From the NCBI RefSeq assembly GCF_006345805.1, contig NW_021832559.1, positions 1 through 60,491 of the forward strand: a stretch of 60,491 nucleotides of DNA. Direction: 5' to 3'. The notes beneath the pieces are model-generated. The model was not told where the DNA came from. It saw only the letters and a program-made list of their open reading frames with translations, and did not search any database. This DNA comes from Octopus sinensis (Eukaryota). This document shows positions 1 through 11,784 of this stretch, in pieces. Every line of letters begins with the position of its first letter. Position 1 is the stretch's first letter. A program made the translations under genes and the position numbers.

Positions 1-703
1 GCCCTTAACCCGTTCTAATGCCAAAACCAGACAAACAAACTTTTTTGCATTTCAGAATTATAATATAAAGATACACTTGTCAATCAATCTCTGTACACAA
101 ACACATTGTTGTTGTTGGCAACCTTTTGTCTCGGGAGACAATGGAGTTGCGCATAAACTAATCCAGTCTGGTTTTTACATTTCATGTCCTCTCCAGTTTC
201 CTCTCCAGTCTTGCGCAGGCTTGGGCTGGATTTAAGAAAATCCTGGGTATCCCAATCGTCAGGATTCCTCTCTCGACCTTGCTGATGTAGTCCAAAGGAG
301 TGCAGAGCATTACGTTTGGCACCAGCTTGGTTGAGGGATCTGCTGGAAGAGTGTCGAGTCGAACACTAAACCGCCTAGGGGGCTCCACTCCAGATTTCTT
401 TGAAGGTTGTCTCCTTTCCGTAACCCTGGATAGGGGCCCATACCGGGTACTGTCAGCTGATCCCGGGACTCGTGTCGGGCAGGGTCGTCACTCCCTGAAG
501 TAGTCAAGAAAATCGCTACCCACTACACAAACACATATACACATATATTATTTACACACGTGTGCGGGCTTATCTAATGTTGATCGGCATCTGTATAGTT
601 CAGTCTATGCTGGTATGTATATACCTATGTGTCATTGTGTGCGCACGTATGTAGGGACCATGATGTGTAAGCGTTTATCCACCTATGTATATATATTTCT
701 TTA

Positions 704-934
704 TATTTCTTTATTGCCCACAAGGGGCTAAACATAGAGGCGACAAACAAAGAGAGACAAAAGGATTAAGTTGATTACATCGACCCCAGTGCGTAACTGG
801 TACTTTATTTATCGACCCCGAAAGGATGAAAGGCAAAGTCGACCTCGGCGGAATTTGAACTCAGAACGTAACGGCAGACGAAACACGGCAACGCATTTCG
901 CCCGGCGTGCTAACGTTTCTGCCAGCTCGCCGCC
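704..934 (-). mobile_element. SINE family A (tRNA-like head, single module)
   Basis: On the minus strand it starts GGCGGCGAGCTGGCAGAAACGTTAGC, has the B-box-like GAGTTCAAATTCC and the core GTCGACTTTGCCTTTCATCCTTTCGGGGTCG, and ends in tail a (CCCCTTGTGGGCAATAAAG). More than 20 copies occur in the window. Confidence 0.9.
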
Positions 935-1430
935 TTTGTGCACCTATGAATATAGGCGCGTGTCTGCGTGCTTTTGTATGTGTAAGTGAAAACTGTAGCT
1001 TAGATGTAGTTGCATGTCTATCGCTGGTTACCAACACAACAACAACAAAAACAACAACAACAACAATAACAACAACAACAATAACGACAACTACATCTTT
1101 CATATTTCGAAAACTCATTACCGGACGCCGCCAATCATTAAATTAATTTCATGGTGTGTGGTAATCTTCGTTCCGGAACGAATGTATCTTTTTAAATAGT
1201 CAGGCTAATCTGGCTTTGATTTTCTCACACTCAATTATATTACTAATGTACTTTATACCAGTTTAACTATGACCAATAGCTAGTTCAAAAGTAAACAGTA
1301 GCCATTTTTACACTTTAATAATACTTTGTACGTACTATACGATAGATTCGCTTGTTAATTGTTCAGTTGCTTATGCTCCGGTTTATGATGGTGTTGATGG
1401 TTGTGGTGGTGGTGTTGATGGTGATGGTAT

Positions 1431-1838
1431 AATCTTTTCTACTCTAGGCACAAGGCCCGAAATTTTGGGGGACGGGGAGCCAGTCGATTAGGTCGACCCC
1501 AGTATGCAACTGGTACTTGCTTTGTCGACTCCGAAAGGATGAAAGGCAAAGTCAACCTCGGCGGAACTTGAACTCAGAATGTAGCGACAGCCGAAATACC
1601 TATTTCTATTTCTTTACTACCCACAAGGGGCTAAACAAAGAGGGGACAAACAAGGACAGACAAACGGATTAAGTCGATTATATCGACCCCAGTGCGTAAC
1701 TGGTACTTATTTGATCGACCCCGAAAGGATGAAAGGCAAAGTCGACCTCGGCGGAAATTGAACTCAGAACGTAGCGGCAGACGAAATACGGCTACGCATT
1801 TCGCCCAGCGTGCTAACGTTTCTGCTAGATCGCCGCCT
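1431..1838 (-). mobile_element. SINE family A, two modules
   Basis: Head at 1838, one module ending in tail a, then a second module ending in tail b (GGGCCTTGTGCCTAGAGTAGAAAAG). Confidence 0.9.
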
Positions 1839-1974
1839 TCGATGATGGCATAATCGTTGTCATCAGTGACCTGTGTTGCTGGTCATACCTACACGCACAC
1901 GCATAGACACGTGCGGGCGCAAGCACACACACATGTATGTATGTATGCATGTATGTATGTATGTATGTATGTAC

Positions 1975-2004
<30 letters not shown>

Positions 2005-2005
<1 letters not shown>

Positions 2006-2221
2006 TAGTTAATCCAAACATGAACAAAGACAAGACACAACAACGTGAGGGCGTGGAACAAGTATAGAGTTATTGGACGCTCATGAAAGGAAAGAAAAAA
2101 AGGAGGATTTAACGTTTCGAGCAGAGCTCATCGTCAGAAATATAGAAAAGAAAAGTCCAAAGAAGGGAAGACGGAGAAAGAAAATCGCCAACGATACACA
2201 CGCGGTCACATATTGAAATTG
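2005..2221 (-). mobile_element. Penelope-like terminal repeat fragment carrying a hammerhead motif
   Basis: Homologous to 14827-15047. Both copies end 3' in a (TACA)n tract and contain CTGANGA...GAAACGTT. Confidence 0.65.
2107..2141 (-). ncRNA. Minimal type I hammerhead ribozyme motif
   Basis: Minus strand reads ATTT-CTGACGA-T-GAGC tct GCTC-GAA-ACGT-T-AAAT: stem I, core, stem II, palindromic stem III and a GUU cleavage triplet. Confidence 0.7.
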
Positions 2222-2271
<50 letters not shown>

Positions 2272-2428
2272 TACATACATACATACATACATACATACAT
2301 ACATACATGCATACGTACACACATGTGGTTGGTAAGCAGGCTTCCTACCACACAGCCACGCCTGTGCCTGGAAGTTCATACACGCACACACACGCATGCA
2401 TGCAATCACTTTAATAATAATAATGATG

Positions 2429-2469
<41 letters not shown>

Positions 2470-3097
2470 TCGTTCGTTTATTGGCCACAAGGGCTAACAA
2501 AAATCAATTAAAACATAAAGGGACAAAACACAAGACGAAAGTTACAAAGGGTTTTGTCAGTTTGAAAAAGGTCCGTGTATAAAAGCAGGATAACAACGAA
2601 ATATAAGTAACAATTAAAGCTCCCAATAGGGGGAGGCGCTTCGTGGAAAAACCCATAATAGCCACGGGAGCCTGGTCAAAAGTGGGGTTGATGATATGGA
2701 TAACGACAGTGTGCAACTAGTGCAATTTTGTGTAATATAACAGAATTCCTAGCAGTTTCTCTCTCACTGTGTGTGTGATAGAAAGAGAGTGAGTGAGAGA
2801 GAGAGAGAGAGAGAGAGAGTATGCATATGTGCATGTGTGTGTATGTGAGTGTGTGTGTGTGTGTATGTGTGTATGTGTGTATGTGAGTGTGTGTGTGTGT
2901 GTGTGTGTGTATTTGTGTGTGCGCATCTGTGTGTTTGCGTGCATGTTTATATGCGTAACGACACAATGTCCCAACGTGTCGATATTTTAGCTGTCAGTCA
3001 CACATACTGACACACAATGTCCATACACACGCAAACATAAAAATAACCCCGCTATCTTTCATGCTATATACCTAAATCAATAGATAATCTGTCAGTC

Positions 3098-3170
3098 GGG
3101 GAATTAGCTCAGATGGTAGAGCGCTCGCTTAGCATGTGAGAGGTACCGGGATCGATGCCCGGATTCTCCA
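3098..3170 (+). tRNA. tRNA-Ala-AGC: tRNA-Ala(AGC), intact
   Basis: GGGGAATTAGCTCAGATGGTAGAGCGCTCGCTTAGCATGTGAGAGGTACCGGGATCGATGCCCGGATTCTCCA. G3:U70 identity pair, anticodon at 3131-3133, T-run terminator at 3178-3184. This is the only plus-strand copy. Confidence 0.97.
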
Positions 3171-3449
3171 ATTGTACTTTTTTTATACTTTTTTTATACT
3201 TTTAGTATGTATTTCAATTTTTACCTAATTGGCTGGTGTGAGGTACCATGATGGTACCCTTGTAATCAAACATACGCTTCAGGCCTTTTATTTACGCATT
3301 TTATTCAACCGTGACCATGCATACGGAAGCATCATTTGGTCCCTATTATTTCAGTTTGATAGATAAAACTTGACCGTTCGATAAATAAAGAAAAATAAAC
3401 GAATAACCAGACTACAATAGTAATAGTATCGACAAGGTACCCTAAAACC

Positions 3450-3870
3450 TATTTCTTTACTACCTACAAGGGGCTAAACACAGAGAGGACAAACAAGGAC
3501 AGACAAACAGATTAAGTCGATTGTATCGACCACAGTGCGTAACTGGTACTTATTTTATCGACCTCGAAAGGATGAAAGGCAAAGTTGACCTCGGTGGAAT
3601 TTGAACTCAGAATGTAGCGGCAGACGAAATATCTATTTCTATTTCTGTATTACCCACAAGGGGCTAAACATAGAAGGGACAAACAAGGACAGACATAGGT
3701 ATTAAGTCGATTACATCGACCCCAGTGCGTAACTGGTACTTAATTTATCGACCCCGAAAGGATGAAAGGCAAAGTCGACCTCGGCGGAATGTCGACTCAG
3801 AACGTAACGGCAGACGAAATACCGCTAAGCATTTCGCCCGGCGTTCTAACGTTTCTGCCACCTCGCCGCC
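3450..3870 (-). mobile_element. SINE family A, two modules, with TSD
   Basis: Flanked by the direct repeat (CC)TAAAACC at 3441-3449 and 3869-3877. Confidence 0.9.
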
Positions 3871-4019
3871 TAAAACCATTGAAGATTCTAGCATGGCCGA
3901 AGTCAAAGATCTGAAACCATTAGAATAATATATGTGACTGTTAGGATGTCTCACATCGGTACACTGTCAACTAAGGTACAGGAATTACAAAATCCTAAAA
4001 TATAACTCTTTTTATACTT

Positions 4020-4400
4020 TCTCTCTTTTTACTTGTTTCGGTCGTTTGACTGCGGCCATGCTGGAGCACCGCCTTGTTAGTCGAGCAAATCGCCCCCAGG
4101 ATTTATTCTTTGGAAGCCTAGTACTTATTCTATTGGGCTCTTTTGCCGAACCGCTAAGATACGGGGACGTAAACACACCGGCATCGGTTGTCAAGCGATG
4201 TTGAGGTGGGGGCGAACACAGACACACAAACACACATGCATATATACATACATATATACGACGGGCTTCCTTTAGTTTCCGTCTACCAAATCCACTCACA
4301 AGGCTTTGGTCGGCCCGAGGCTATAGTAGAAGGTGGAACTGAACCCGGAACCATGTGGTTCGTACGCAAGCTACTTACCACACAGCCACTCCTGCGCCTA
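4020..4400 (-). mobile_element. SINE family B
   Basis: Head AGGCGCAGGAGTGGCTGTGTGGTAAGTAGC, internal (TA/TG)n, tail CATGGCCGCAGTCAAACGACCGAAACAAGTAAAAAG. Confidence 0.9.
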
Positions 4401-4425
4401 TATTCATCAAAATTAAAGCATATAG

Positions 4426-4498
4426 AGGAGAATCCATGAAACGATCCCGATATCTCTTGTATACTAAGCGATCAGTCTACCATCTGAGGCAATTCCCC
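4426..4498 (-). pseudogene. tRNA-Ala pseudogene
   Basis: 73-nt colinear match to the intact gene with many substitutions; the anticodon reads AGT. Confidence 0.85.
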
Positions 4499-4559
4499 TC
4501 ACGTGGCTCTGATTTTTAAGTAATATATATATATTACTGAAGTCATTATGTTTGTTTGT

Positions 4560-4946
4560 GTGGAGGCGCAATGGCCCAGTGATTAGGGCAGCGAACTCGC
4601 GATCGTAGGATCGCGGTTTCGATTCCCAGTCCGGACGTTGTGAGTGTTTATTGAGCGAAAACACCTAAAGCTCCACGAGGCTCCGACAGGGATGGTGGTG
4701 ATCCCTGCTGTACTCTTTCACCACAACTTTCTCTCACTCTTACTTCCTGTTTCTGTTGTACCTGTATTTCAAAGGGCCGGCCTTGTCAGTCTCTGTGTCA
4801 CGCTGAATATCCCCGAGAACTACGTTAAGGGTACACGTGTCTGTGGAGTGCTCAGCCACTTGCACGTTAATTTCACGAGCAGGCTGTTCCGTTGATTCGG
4901 ATCAACCGGAACCCTCGTCGTCGTAACCGACGGAGTGCTTCCTTCC
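4560..4946 (+). mobile_element. SINE family C with tail 1 and 12-bp TSD
   Basis: tRNA-like head GGAGGCGCAATGGCCCAGTG...GTTTCGATTCCC. TSD ATGTTTGTTTGT at 4548-4559 and 4947-4958. Confidence 0.9.
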
Positions 4947-4995
4947 ATGTTTGTTTGTAGAACAGAATTCCAAAATAGACCGTTATGCTTGGAAT

Positions 4996-5068
4996 TGGAG
5001 AATCCGGGTATCGATCCCAGCACCTCTGGCATACTAAGCAAGCGCTCTACCATCTTAGATAATTCCCC
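4996..5068 (-). pseudogene. tRNA-Ala pseudogene (anticodon mutated to AGT)
   Basis: Full length but with D-arm, anticodon-stem and T-stem mismatches; 3' flank homologous to that of the 19556 gene. Confidence 0.85.
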
Positions 5069-5289
5069 TTACAAGTAACAATTGCTTAATTAATAGCCAA
5101 TAAAAGAATGTGTGTGACATTTTAGGCTAGAGATGGACAAGTTGTTTACGATGATCATTGTAAATCCGTACAAGTACAAGTTGGTTACGATGGTCGTTGT
5201 AAATCGACATGATAAAAGGCAAAGTTGACCTCGCTTCTATTCGATGAATGTAAAGAGCCGGTAGGAATATCGTCAAACATTTTACAACA

Positions 5290-5862
5290 TTCTAGATGCA
5301 GTACCAGGCAGTAGCTCTCATGGCTTCTGATCATAACTAATTGGAAGTGTTATCATGTACATTGTTTTGTCTTGGTGTAAAAGACATTCTGCTCAGTTTT
5401 GCTTGACCATAACCAGTTGAGCATGACCTTAACAGATTTGCTTGGCCTTAACCAGTTGAGCATGACCTTAACAGATTTGCTTGGCCTTAACCAGTTGAGC
5501 ATGACCTTAACAGATTTGCTTGGCCTTAACCAGTTGAGCATGTTTCTTGGTGGTTGATGATCATGAGCAGGAGAAGTGTGTGGGGGTAGGAGGAGCGTCA
5601 TAGCCACCCTTATGTTGAGAGCAGTTCTTTGGGGGTTTGAATAATTCACCTCTGAAAACATGGGTATTTCGTTCAATCTTTATTCAGGCATGTGCTGCTC
5701 GATCTGAAGAAAGTTCTAACTGGGCCCGTCTGCAAGGTTATGCTCTGTTTATCTTGATATGCGATCACCATGTCGCGCATATATGGCTGTGATTCATGTA
5801 CCTGGTGTACCCTTACCAGACAGGTAGTCATGGCGAGTATATTGGGCTTCGTATATTTTACC
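5290..5862 (+). mobile_element. Retroelement 3'-UTR-like repeat (family X) with an internal 39-bp tandem array
   Basis: Homologous to 29013-29445 (minus), which ends in an (AAT)n tail. Confidence 0.6.
5411..5542 (+). repeat. 39-bp minisatellite, about 3.4 copies
   Basis: Unit AACCAGTTGAGCATGACCTTAACAGATTTGCTTGGCCTT starts at 5411, 5450, 5489 and 5528 (partial). Confidence 0.95.
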
Positions 5863-6019
5863 CAAATAATCTTTCATAAGCTTCAGTTCTTTTATTGATT
5901 TCCTTTATTCAGCCCCTTTAAAAGGCGGTAGAGTAGTGAGGGGGGGGGCTCATTTGGTCCCTGTTATTTCAGTTCGATAGTTAAGACTTCACCATTCGAT
6001 GAATAAATAGAATAAAATA

Positions 6020-6365
6020 ATCACTTCTATTATAGGCACAAGGCCTGAAATTTGAGGGCGGAGGTAGGTAGTCGATTACATCGACCCCGAAAGAATGAAA
6101 GGTAAAGTCGACCTCGACAGAATTTGAACTCAGAACGTAGCGACTGTTGAAATACGGCTAAGCATTTGGCCCGGCATGCTAACAATTCAGCCAGCTCGCC
6201 GCCTTTAAGTGGAATGAAATAATTCTTTCTACTTTAGGCATAAGGCCTGAAATTTGGTGGGAGGGGATAGTCGATTACATCGACCTCCAGTACTCAACTG
6301 GTACTTAATTTATCGACCCCTAAAGGATGAAAGGCAAAGTCGACCTCGGCGGAATTTGAACTAAG
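6020..6365 (-). mobile_element. Two adjacent SINE family A copies (tail b)
   Basis: Family core and head are present, bracketed by a GAATAAAATAA direct repeat. Confidence 0.85.
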
Positions 6366-6580
6366 AATAAAATAATAACCAGACTGCAATAGTAATGTCA
6401 TCGACACAGCCTAAAACTATTGAAGACTCCAAGATGGACGAGGCCAATGGTCTGGAACTAATAAAATAGAATATAACACTATTAGGATGTCTCACATGGG
6501 ACGGGCAAGAATAGCAGAATACAAGAATAACAGAATTCTAAAACATAAATACTCTTTAAAATTGTAATATATATATTGTG

Positions 6581-6642
6581 CGGGAATCGATCTCGGTATC
6601 TCCCGCATGCTAGGTGAGCGAGCCACGATCTGAGATAATTTC
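6581..6642 (-). pseudogene. Degenerate tRNA-Ala pseudogene
   Basis: CGGGAATCGATCTCGGTATCTCCCGCATGCTAGGTGAGCGAGCCACGATCTGAGATAATTTC aligns to the reverse complement of the tRNA-Ala. Confidence 0.75.
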
Positions 6643-6923
6643 TTACTCATGAAAGTAATGTAATATATAATTAAAGACAATAATGCTTGTCTGGATATGT
6701 TGTTTTTTTGTTGATTTTTTGGGGGTTTTTTTGCCTGCGTGCGTGTAGATATAATTAATGAAAACCTCAATACAATAAGTAATTGGGTGAATTTGACGGC
6801 ATAAAACCAGTGAAGACGTTGCTCTAGCATGGTCGTAATCGAATGGTTGAGAGCAATGAAAGAACATGAGTTTTTATGTAATAATTATACATAAGGATAA
6901 AAAAATAAATAAAATGTAACACT

Positions 6924-6967
6924 TGGAGAATCCGGGTATCGATCCCGGTATCTCTCGCTTGCCAAGC
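6924..6967 (-). pseudogene. tRNA-Ala 3'-half fragment
   Basis: TGGAGAATCCGGGTATCGATCCCGGTATCTCTCGC; similarity is lost after the anticodon arm. Confidence 0.8.
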
Positions 6968-7058
6968 CCGTATGATGATGAACCACGTGGGCCACTTCGT
7001 GGGACATAATGATGATATACAAAAGAAGTATAATGCATATCACTAAAATATTATCACG

Positions 7059-7131
7059 TGGAGAATCCGGGCATCGATCCCGGTACCTCTCGCATGCTAA
7101 GCGAGCGCTCTACCATCTGAGCTAATTCCCC
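7059..7131 (-). tRNA. tRNA-Ala-AGC: tRNA-Ala(AGC), intact
   Basis: Perfect 73-nt cloverleaf with G3:U70 and a T4 run about 11 nt downstream. Confidence 0.97.
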
Positions 7132-7467
7132 TCACAGCGAAAGATGCTTTATTTAACGTATATATTATAAATGACATTATGATTGGGTGTGTTCATGGCA
7201 GTGGGGGGACGAGTCGGTGTGCCTGACTGTTATCATCTGCGTGGGCGTGCGTTCGGTTTACATGCACTCCGCACACAGCGCTGCAGAAGAGGCTTCGGTA
7301 GGGTGGTGTTGTGACACTTAGATTTGAAGGCATTCTTTCGATATAGCTCGACAAGGTCATGACATTTCACTTCGGGTAGTTCCGTGGGTTGTGGAGTATA
7401 GATATAACGAAATTATGCCAGCCAATGTCTCATTTTAAACTCAAAGAAAAAAAGCCTTGCATATTTG

Positions 7468-8006
7468 GGTATTACTTAAGAAGAGTGGTTCCGGTGCGCG
7501 CACTCGCGTACTCGCTCATCCGCGCTAGCTAGTCGTGACTAGTCAATCCTTAATTTGTGTTTTTGTTTTATTTACTTTCTTTAAAAAAAATTATTTACTT
7601 TGTGTTTTTGTGGGTTTTTTTATCATTATTACTTGTTTCAGTCATTTGACTGCGGCCATGCTGGAGCACCGCCTTTAGTCGAGCAAATCGACCCCAGGAC
7701 TTATTCTTTGGTCGGCCCGAGGCTATAGTAGGAGACACATGCCCAAGGTGTCACGCAGTGGGACTGAACCCAGAACCATGTGGTTGGTAAGCAAGCTACT
7801 TAGCACACAGCCACTCCTACGCATATTTACTGTTTTATTTACTTTGTTTTTTAAAAAATTATTTACTTTGTGTAAAAAAATTATTTATTTTGTGTTTTAT
7901 TTACTTTGCTAGGTTGTCGTTGTAGGATTGACTAGTCACGACTAGCTAGCGCGAGTGCGCGAGTACGCGAGTGCGCGCACCGGGACCACTCTTCTTAAGT
8001 AGTACC
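7468..8006. mobile_element. MITE with GG-terminal TIRs of about 80 bp and a perfect 9-bp TSD (Merlin-like)
   Basis: TIR GGTA(T/C)TACTTAAGAAGAGTGG(T/C)CCGGTGCGCGCACTCGCG... TSD GCATATTTG at 7459-7467 and 8007-8015. A SINE-B is nested at about 7630-7822. Confidence 0.85.
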
Positions 8007-8599
8007 GCATATTTGTTCTTACCTGTTTCATGTGTGTATGTAAAATCCGCAAATTTCCAAGCGGAAAACAGAATCGAACTGTCATTTGCTTCCACGGAAA
8101 TACCCGAAATGAAGTGTTTTGATTTTGTCGAGTTATACCGAAAGAATGCCGTTTCGAAAGTAAAATTACAATTCCTTAACGATTAATAAAATTAAACGTC
8201 GCTTGATTGGAGTATCGTGGATGCATGGAAGACAAATCCTTAAATCCTTAAAAATGTTTTAGCACGAAAGCCGCGGCCATGCTGGGGCACCAAGAAAATA
8301 TTATATACTCAGGCCTATTCCCCATTTTTTTTAGGATCGGGTAGCCACAACAAAACACATACCTGGCATTCCATTTATTCCCCAGCTCAAAGAGGCGAGC
8401 CCCATCCTATGCTCGGGTCAAGGCATAGAACGCAACCTCCCAGTATCAACAGCGAGTCCCGACAACATATGCTGGTTTACCCCCGCTGCATTATGCTGGT
8501 TCCGTAACCCTTTGAGCGACATCAAAATTCACTCAAAATCAGAAATATTAAATTTCTAAATATCTCATAGAGATATGTACGGTGGTGGGGCGATAGAAT

Positions 8600-9264
8600 G
8601 GTTGTATACTGTCAACTTAACGTGACAGTCCCGTAAAGGGAATTACATCTCCGCTGTTTAGCCCTAGGAAGCATCGACGCTTCCTGTCGGCCATGACACA
8701 AAAATATAAAAAAATATAAAAATATAAAAAAATATATAGGCGCAGGAGTGGCTGTGTGGTAAGTAGCTTGCTAACCAACCACATGGTTCCGGGTTCAGTC
8801 CCACTGCGTGGCATCTTGGGCGAGTGTCTTCTGCTATAGCCCCGGGCCGACCAATGCCTTGTGAGTGGATTTGGTAGACGGAAACTGAAAGAAGCCTGTC
8901 GTATATATGTATATATATATAAGTGTTTGTGTGTCTGTGTTTGTCTCCCTAGCATTGCTTGACAACCGATGCTGGTGTGTTTACGTCCCCGTCACTTAGC
9001 GGTTCGGCAAAAGAGACCGATAGAATAAGTACTGGGCTTACAAAGTATAAGTCCCGGGGTTGATTTGCTCGACTAAAAGGCGGTGGTCCAGCATGGCCGC
9101 AGTCAAATGACTGAAACAAGCAAAAGAGTAAAAAAAAAAAAAAGTATATAAGGACACAGGAAATGTGTCAAAGCCGACAGGAAGCGTCGATGCTTCCTAG
9201 GGCTAAACAGCGGTGGTGTAATTCCCTTTACGGGACTGTCACGTTAAGTTGACAGTATACAACC
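8600..9264. mobile_element. MITE with TIRs of about 100 bp and a nested SINE-B
   Basis: 8600-8700 is the inverse complement of 9162-9264 (about 4 mismatches). Termini are GGTTGTATAC...GTATACAACC. A SINE-B lies at 8739-9143. No clean TSD seen. Confidence 0.8.
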
Positions 9265-9299
9265 GCTCAAAATTCACTCATCCATCCACAAACACTCTC

Positions 9300-9510
9300 C
9301 ACGCTTTCCTATCATTTAGAAACTCTCTTGCCTCTCTCTCTCTCCAACACCTCTAACTACCAAAGCTTTCCTCACTCCATCCATCCACACAAACCGTTGT
9401 CTGCCTCTGGTTCTACTGCCTACCTCTTCTACCTTCATCACCCTCTTTACCATCCGCTCCTCATCCATCCTTTCCATGAGGCCAAACCAACTCAGCATTC
9501 GTCAATCCAT
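9300..9510 (-). mobile_element. RTE-clade LINE ORF2 C-terminal fragment
   Basis: Translation LSWFGLMERMDEERMVKRVM...RTRGRQRFVWMDGV matches the LRWFGHV.RM...RGRP...W.D.V motif of RTE-type ORF2 ends. Confidence 0.7.
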
Positions 9511-9655
9511 TTTGGTTGTTAGTTTTTCTCTCCTTCCTGAGACAAGGAAATGTATGCTATAGAATTGAGTACAGGGGTCGATGTATTCGATTTAGTACAT
9601 CGCCTGAAATTCCTGGCCTTGTACCAGAATTTGAAACTATGATTAAAGGCATAAA

Positions 9656-10018
9656 GGCAGCGTGCTGGCAGAAACGCTAGTACGCCGGGCGAAATGCTTG
9701 GCAGTATTTCGTCTATCTTTATGTTCTGAGTTCAAATTCCGCCCAGGTCAGCTTTGCCTTTCATTTTTTCGGGGTCGATAAATTAAGTACCAGTTGCGTA
9801 CTGAGGTTGATCTAATCGCCTGGCTCCACTCGCAAAATTTCGGGCTTTGTACTTAGAGTAAAAAGAATAGTTAACACACCGGACTAAACGCTGCTAAGCA
9901 TTTCGTCCGGCTACGTTCTGAGTTCAAATTCCGCCGAAATCGACTTTTCCTTTCGGAGTCGATATATTAAGTACCAGTTGCGTACTGAGGTCGATATAAT
10001 CGACTGGCCCCCTCTCCC
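9656..10018 (+). mobile_element. Two degenerate SINE family A copies
   Basis: Head, core and tail b motifs are recognisable. Confidence 0.8.
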
Positions 10019-10249
10019 AAGGTGCCACGCAGTGAGAATGAACCCGTAACCATGTGGTTGGTAAGCAAGCTACTTACCACACAGCCACTCCTGCGCCTAT
10101 TATCAAAAGTAACCCCCTACCCTTTTTTCTTTTTGTACTTCAATACTGTGTGATTTGAGGGTGATTTGGCTACTAATTCTAGCAAACTCAGTGGCCACGG
10201 AGAGGCTTTACTTCTAGTCTCGTTCAGTTTATGTTGATTGGTGGACAAA

Positions 10250-10344
10250 GATTGCTTTAATAAATGAAAAGCCAGTTCAGCTTCTGCAGTCCATTGAGGG
10301 ATCAGGTGACCATCTTTGTCACCCACCCACACATCATTGACCAA
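10250..10344 (-). mobile_element. Possible Ty3/Gypsy pol (RT-RNase H linker) fragment
   Basis: Peptide WTAEAELAFHLLKQSLS resembles the WT.E...AF..LK..L motif; the match is short and isolated. Confidence 0.45.
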
Positions 10345-10634
10345 TAGTATACGAGGAAAAGGCGTAGAATGGGCGGGGTTTAGAATGAGGCGGTGATAGA
10401 GTAAAAAAAACGTTGGTGGTGGGAGAGTGAAAGCTAAATAAACCCAGCATGGAGAATAGAGAAGAGGGAGTAGAGAAAGAGGGAGTTGGAAATAGAGAGG
10501 TAGCGTAAGAGAAAGAGAGAGAGAGAGAGAGAGAGATAGAGAGAGAGGGAGAGATAGAATGAGAGAAAGAGTGGGGGGAGAGAGAAGGTGAAAGACGAGG
10601 TTAAGAGAAATTCTTGCATTTTTTTCTTTTATTC

Positions 10635-11027
10635 TTTTATTCTCTCACTTGCTTTAGCTATTTGAATGCGGCCATGCTGGAGCACTGCCTTGTACTTATT
10701 CTGTCGGTCTCTTTTGCCGAACCGCTAAGTTACAGGGTTGTAAACACACCACCATCGATTGACAAGCGGTGATGGAGTGACAAACAGACATAAAAGCCCC
10801 CCCCCATATGTGTGTGTATATATATATTTATATTTATATATATATACGTATATACATATATACGTCGGGCTTCTTTCAGTTTCCGTCTACCAAATCCACT
10901 CACAAGGCTTGGGTCGGACCGAGGCTATAGTAGAAGACACTTGCCCAAGGTGCCACGCAGTGGGAATGAACCCGGAACCATGTGGTTGGTAAGCAAGCTA
11001 CTTACTATACACCCACTCCTGCGCCTA
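10635..11027 (-). mobile_element. SINE family B
   Basis: Full head-to-tail match to the family. Confidence 0.9.
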
Positions 11028-11094
11028 CAAAACATCGAGGCAAATATATACGCAGATACAGACACACGCACTCACACACAGACATACACACACA

Positions 11095-11248
11095 CACAAG
11101 TAGCTTGCTTACCAACCACATGGTTTCGGGTTCAGTCCCACTTGGGGCAAGTGTCTTCTACTATAGCCTCAGGCCGACCAAGGCCTTGTGAGTGGAATTG
11201 CTAGACGGAAACTGAAAGAAGCCCGTCGTGTATATACATACGTACATA

Positions 11249-11288
<40 letters not shown>

Positions 11289-11520
11289 CGTGTGTGCGTG
11301 TGTGTTTGTGTGTCTGTGCTTGTCCCCCCCAACGTCGCTTGACAACCGCTGCTGGTGTGTTTACGTCCTCGTAACTTAGCGGTTCGGCAAAAGAGATCCT
11401 ATAGAATAAGTACTAGGCTTACAAAGAATAAGTCCTGGCGTCGATTTACTAAACTAAAAGGCGGTGTTCCAGTATGGCAGCAGTCAAATGACTGAAACAA
11501 TTAAAAGAGTAAAAGAGAAA
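11095..11520 (+). mobile_element. SINE family B, inverted relative to 10635-11027
   Basis: Family body and tail are present; the head is slightly truncated. Confidence 0.9.
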
Positions 11521-11629
11521 GTAAGTTTATCATTTGATTATATATGAGCAATGTGTAGATATATGCATGAGAATATATACATAAAACAAAACATACAAAT
11601 CTGCACATATACATACATACATACATACA

Positions 11630-11661
<32 letters not shown>

Positions 11662-11784
11662 CATATCCTGTTGTTGATGTTGAAATTCCAAAGAAGGTTC
11701 CTTGGATCTAGTTTAGAAACCGATTCTTTCTCAATTGGTTAGAGATCTACAAATAAACTGAGTAATGACAACCATACATACATA

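Noticed and set aside
4560-4630. tRNA-like heads of SINE families A-E as tRNA genes
   Set aside because: They lack paired acceptor stems and continue into SINE bodies with tails and TSDs.
4426-5068. Two tRNA-Ala copies with AGT anticodons, read as a possible Ala-to-Thr recoding tRNA
   Set aside because: Both have multiple stem-breaking substitutions, and C>T decay explains the anticodon. They are pseudogenes.
5353-5676. ORF with 13-aa repeats (MLNWLRPSKSVKV)
   Set aside because: It arises from a 39-bp tandem duplication inside a repeat whose other copy has one unit.
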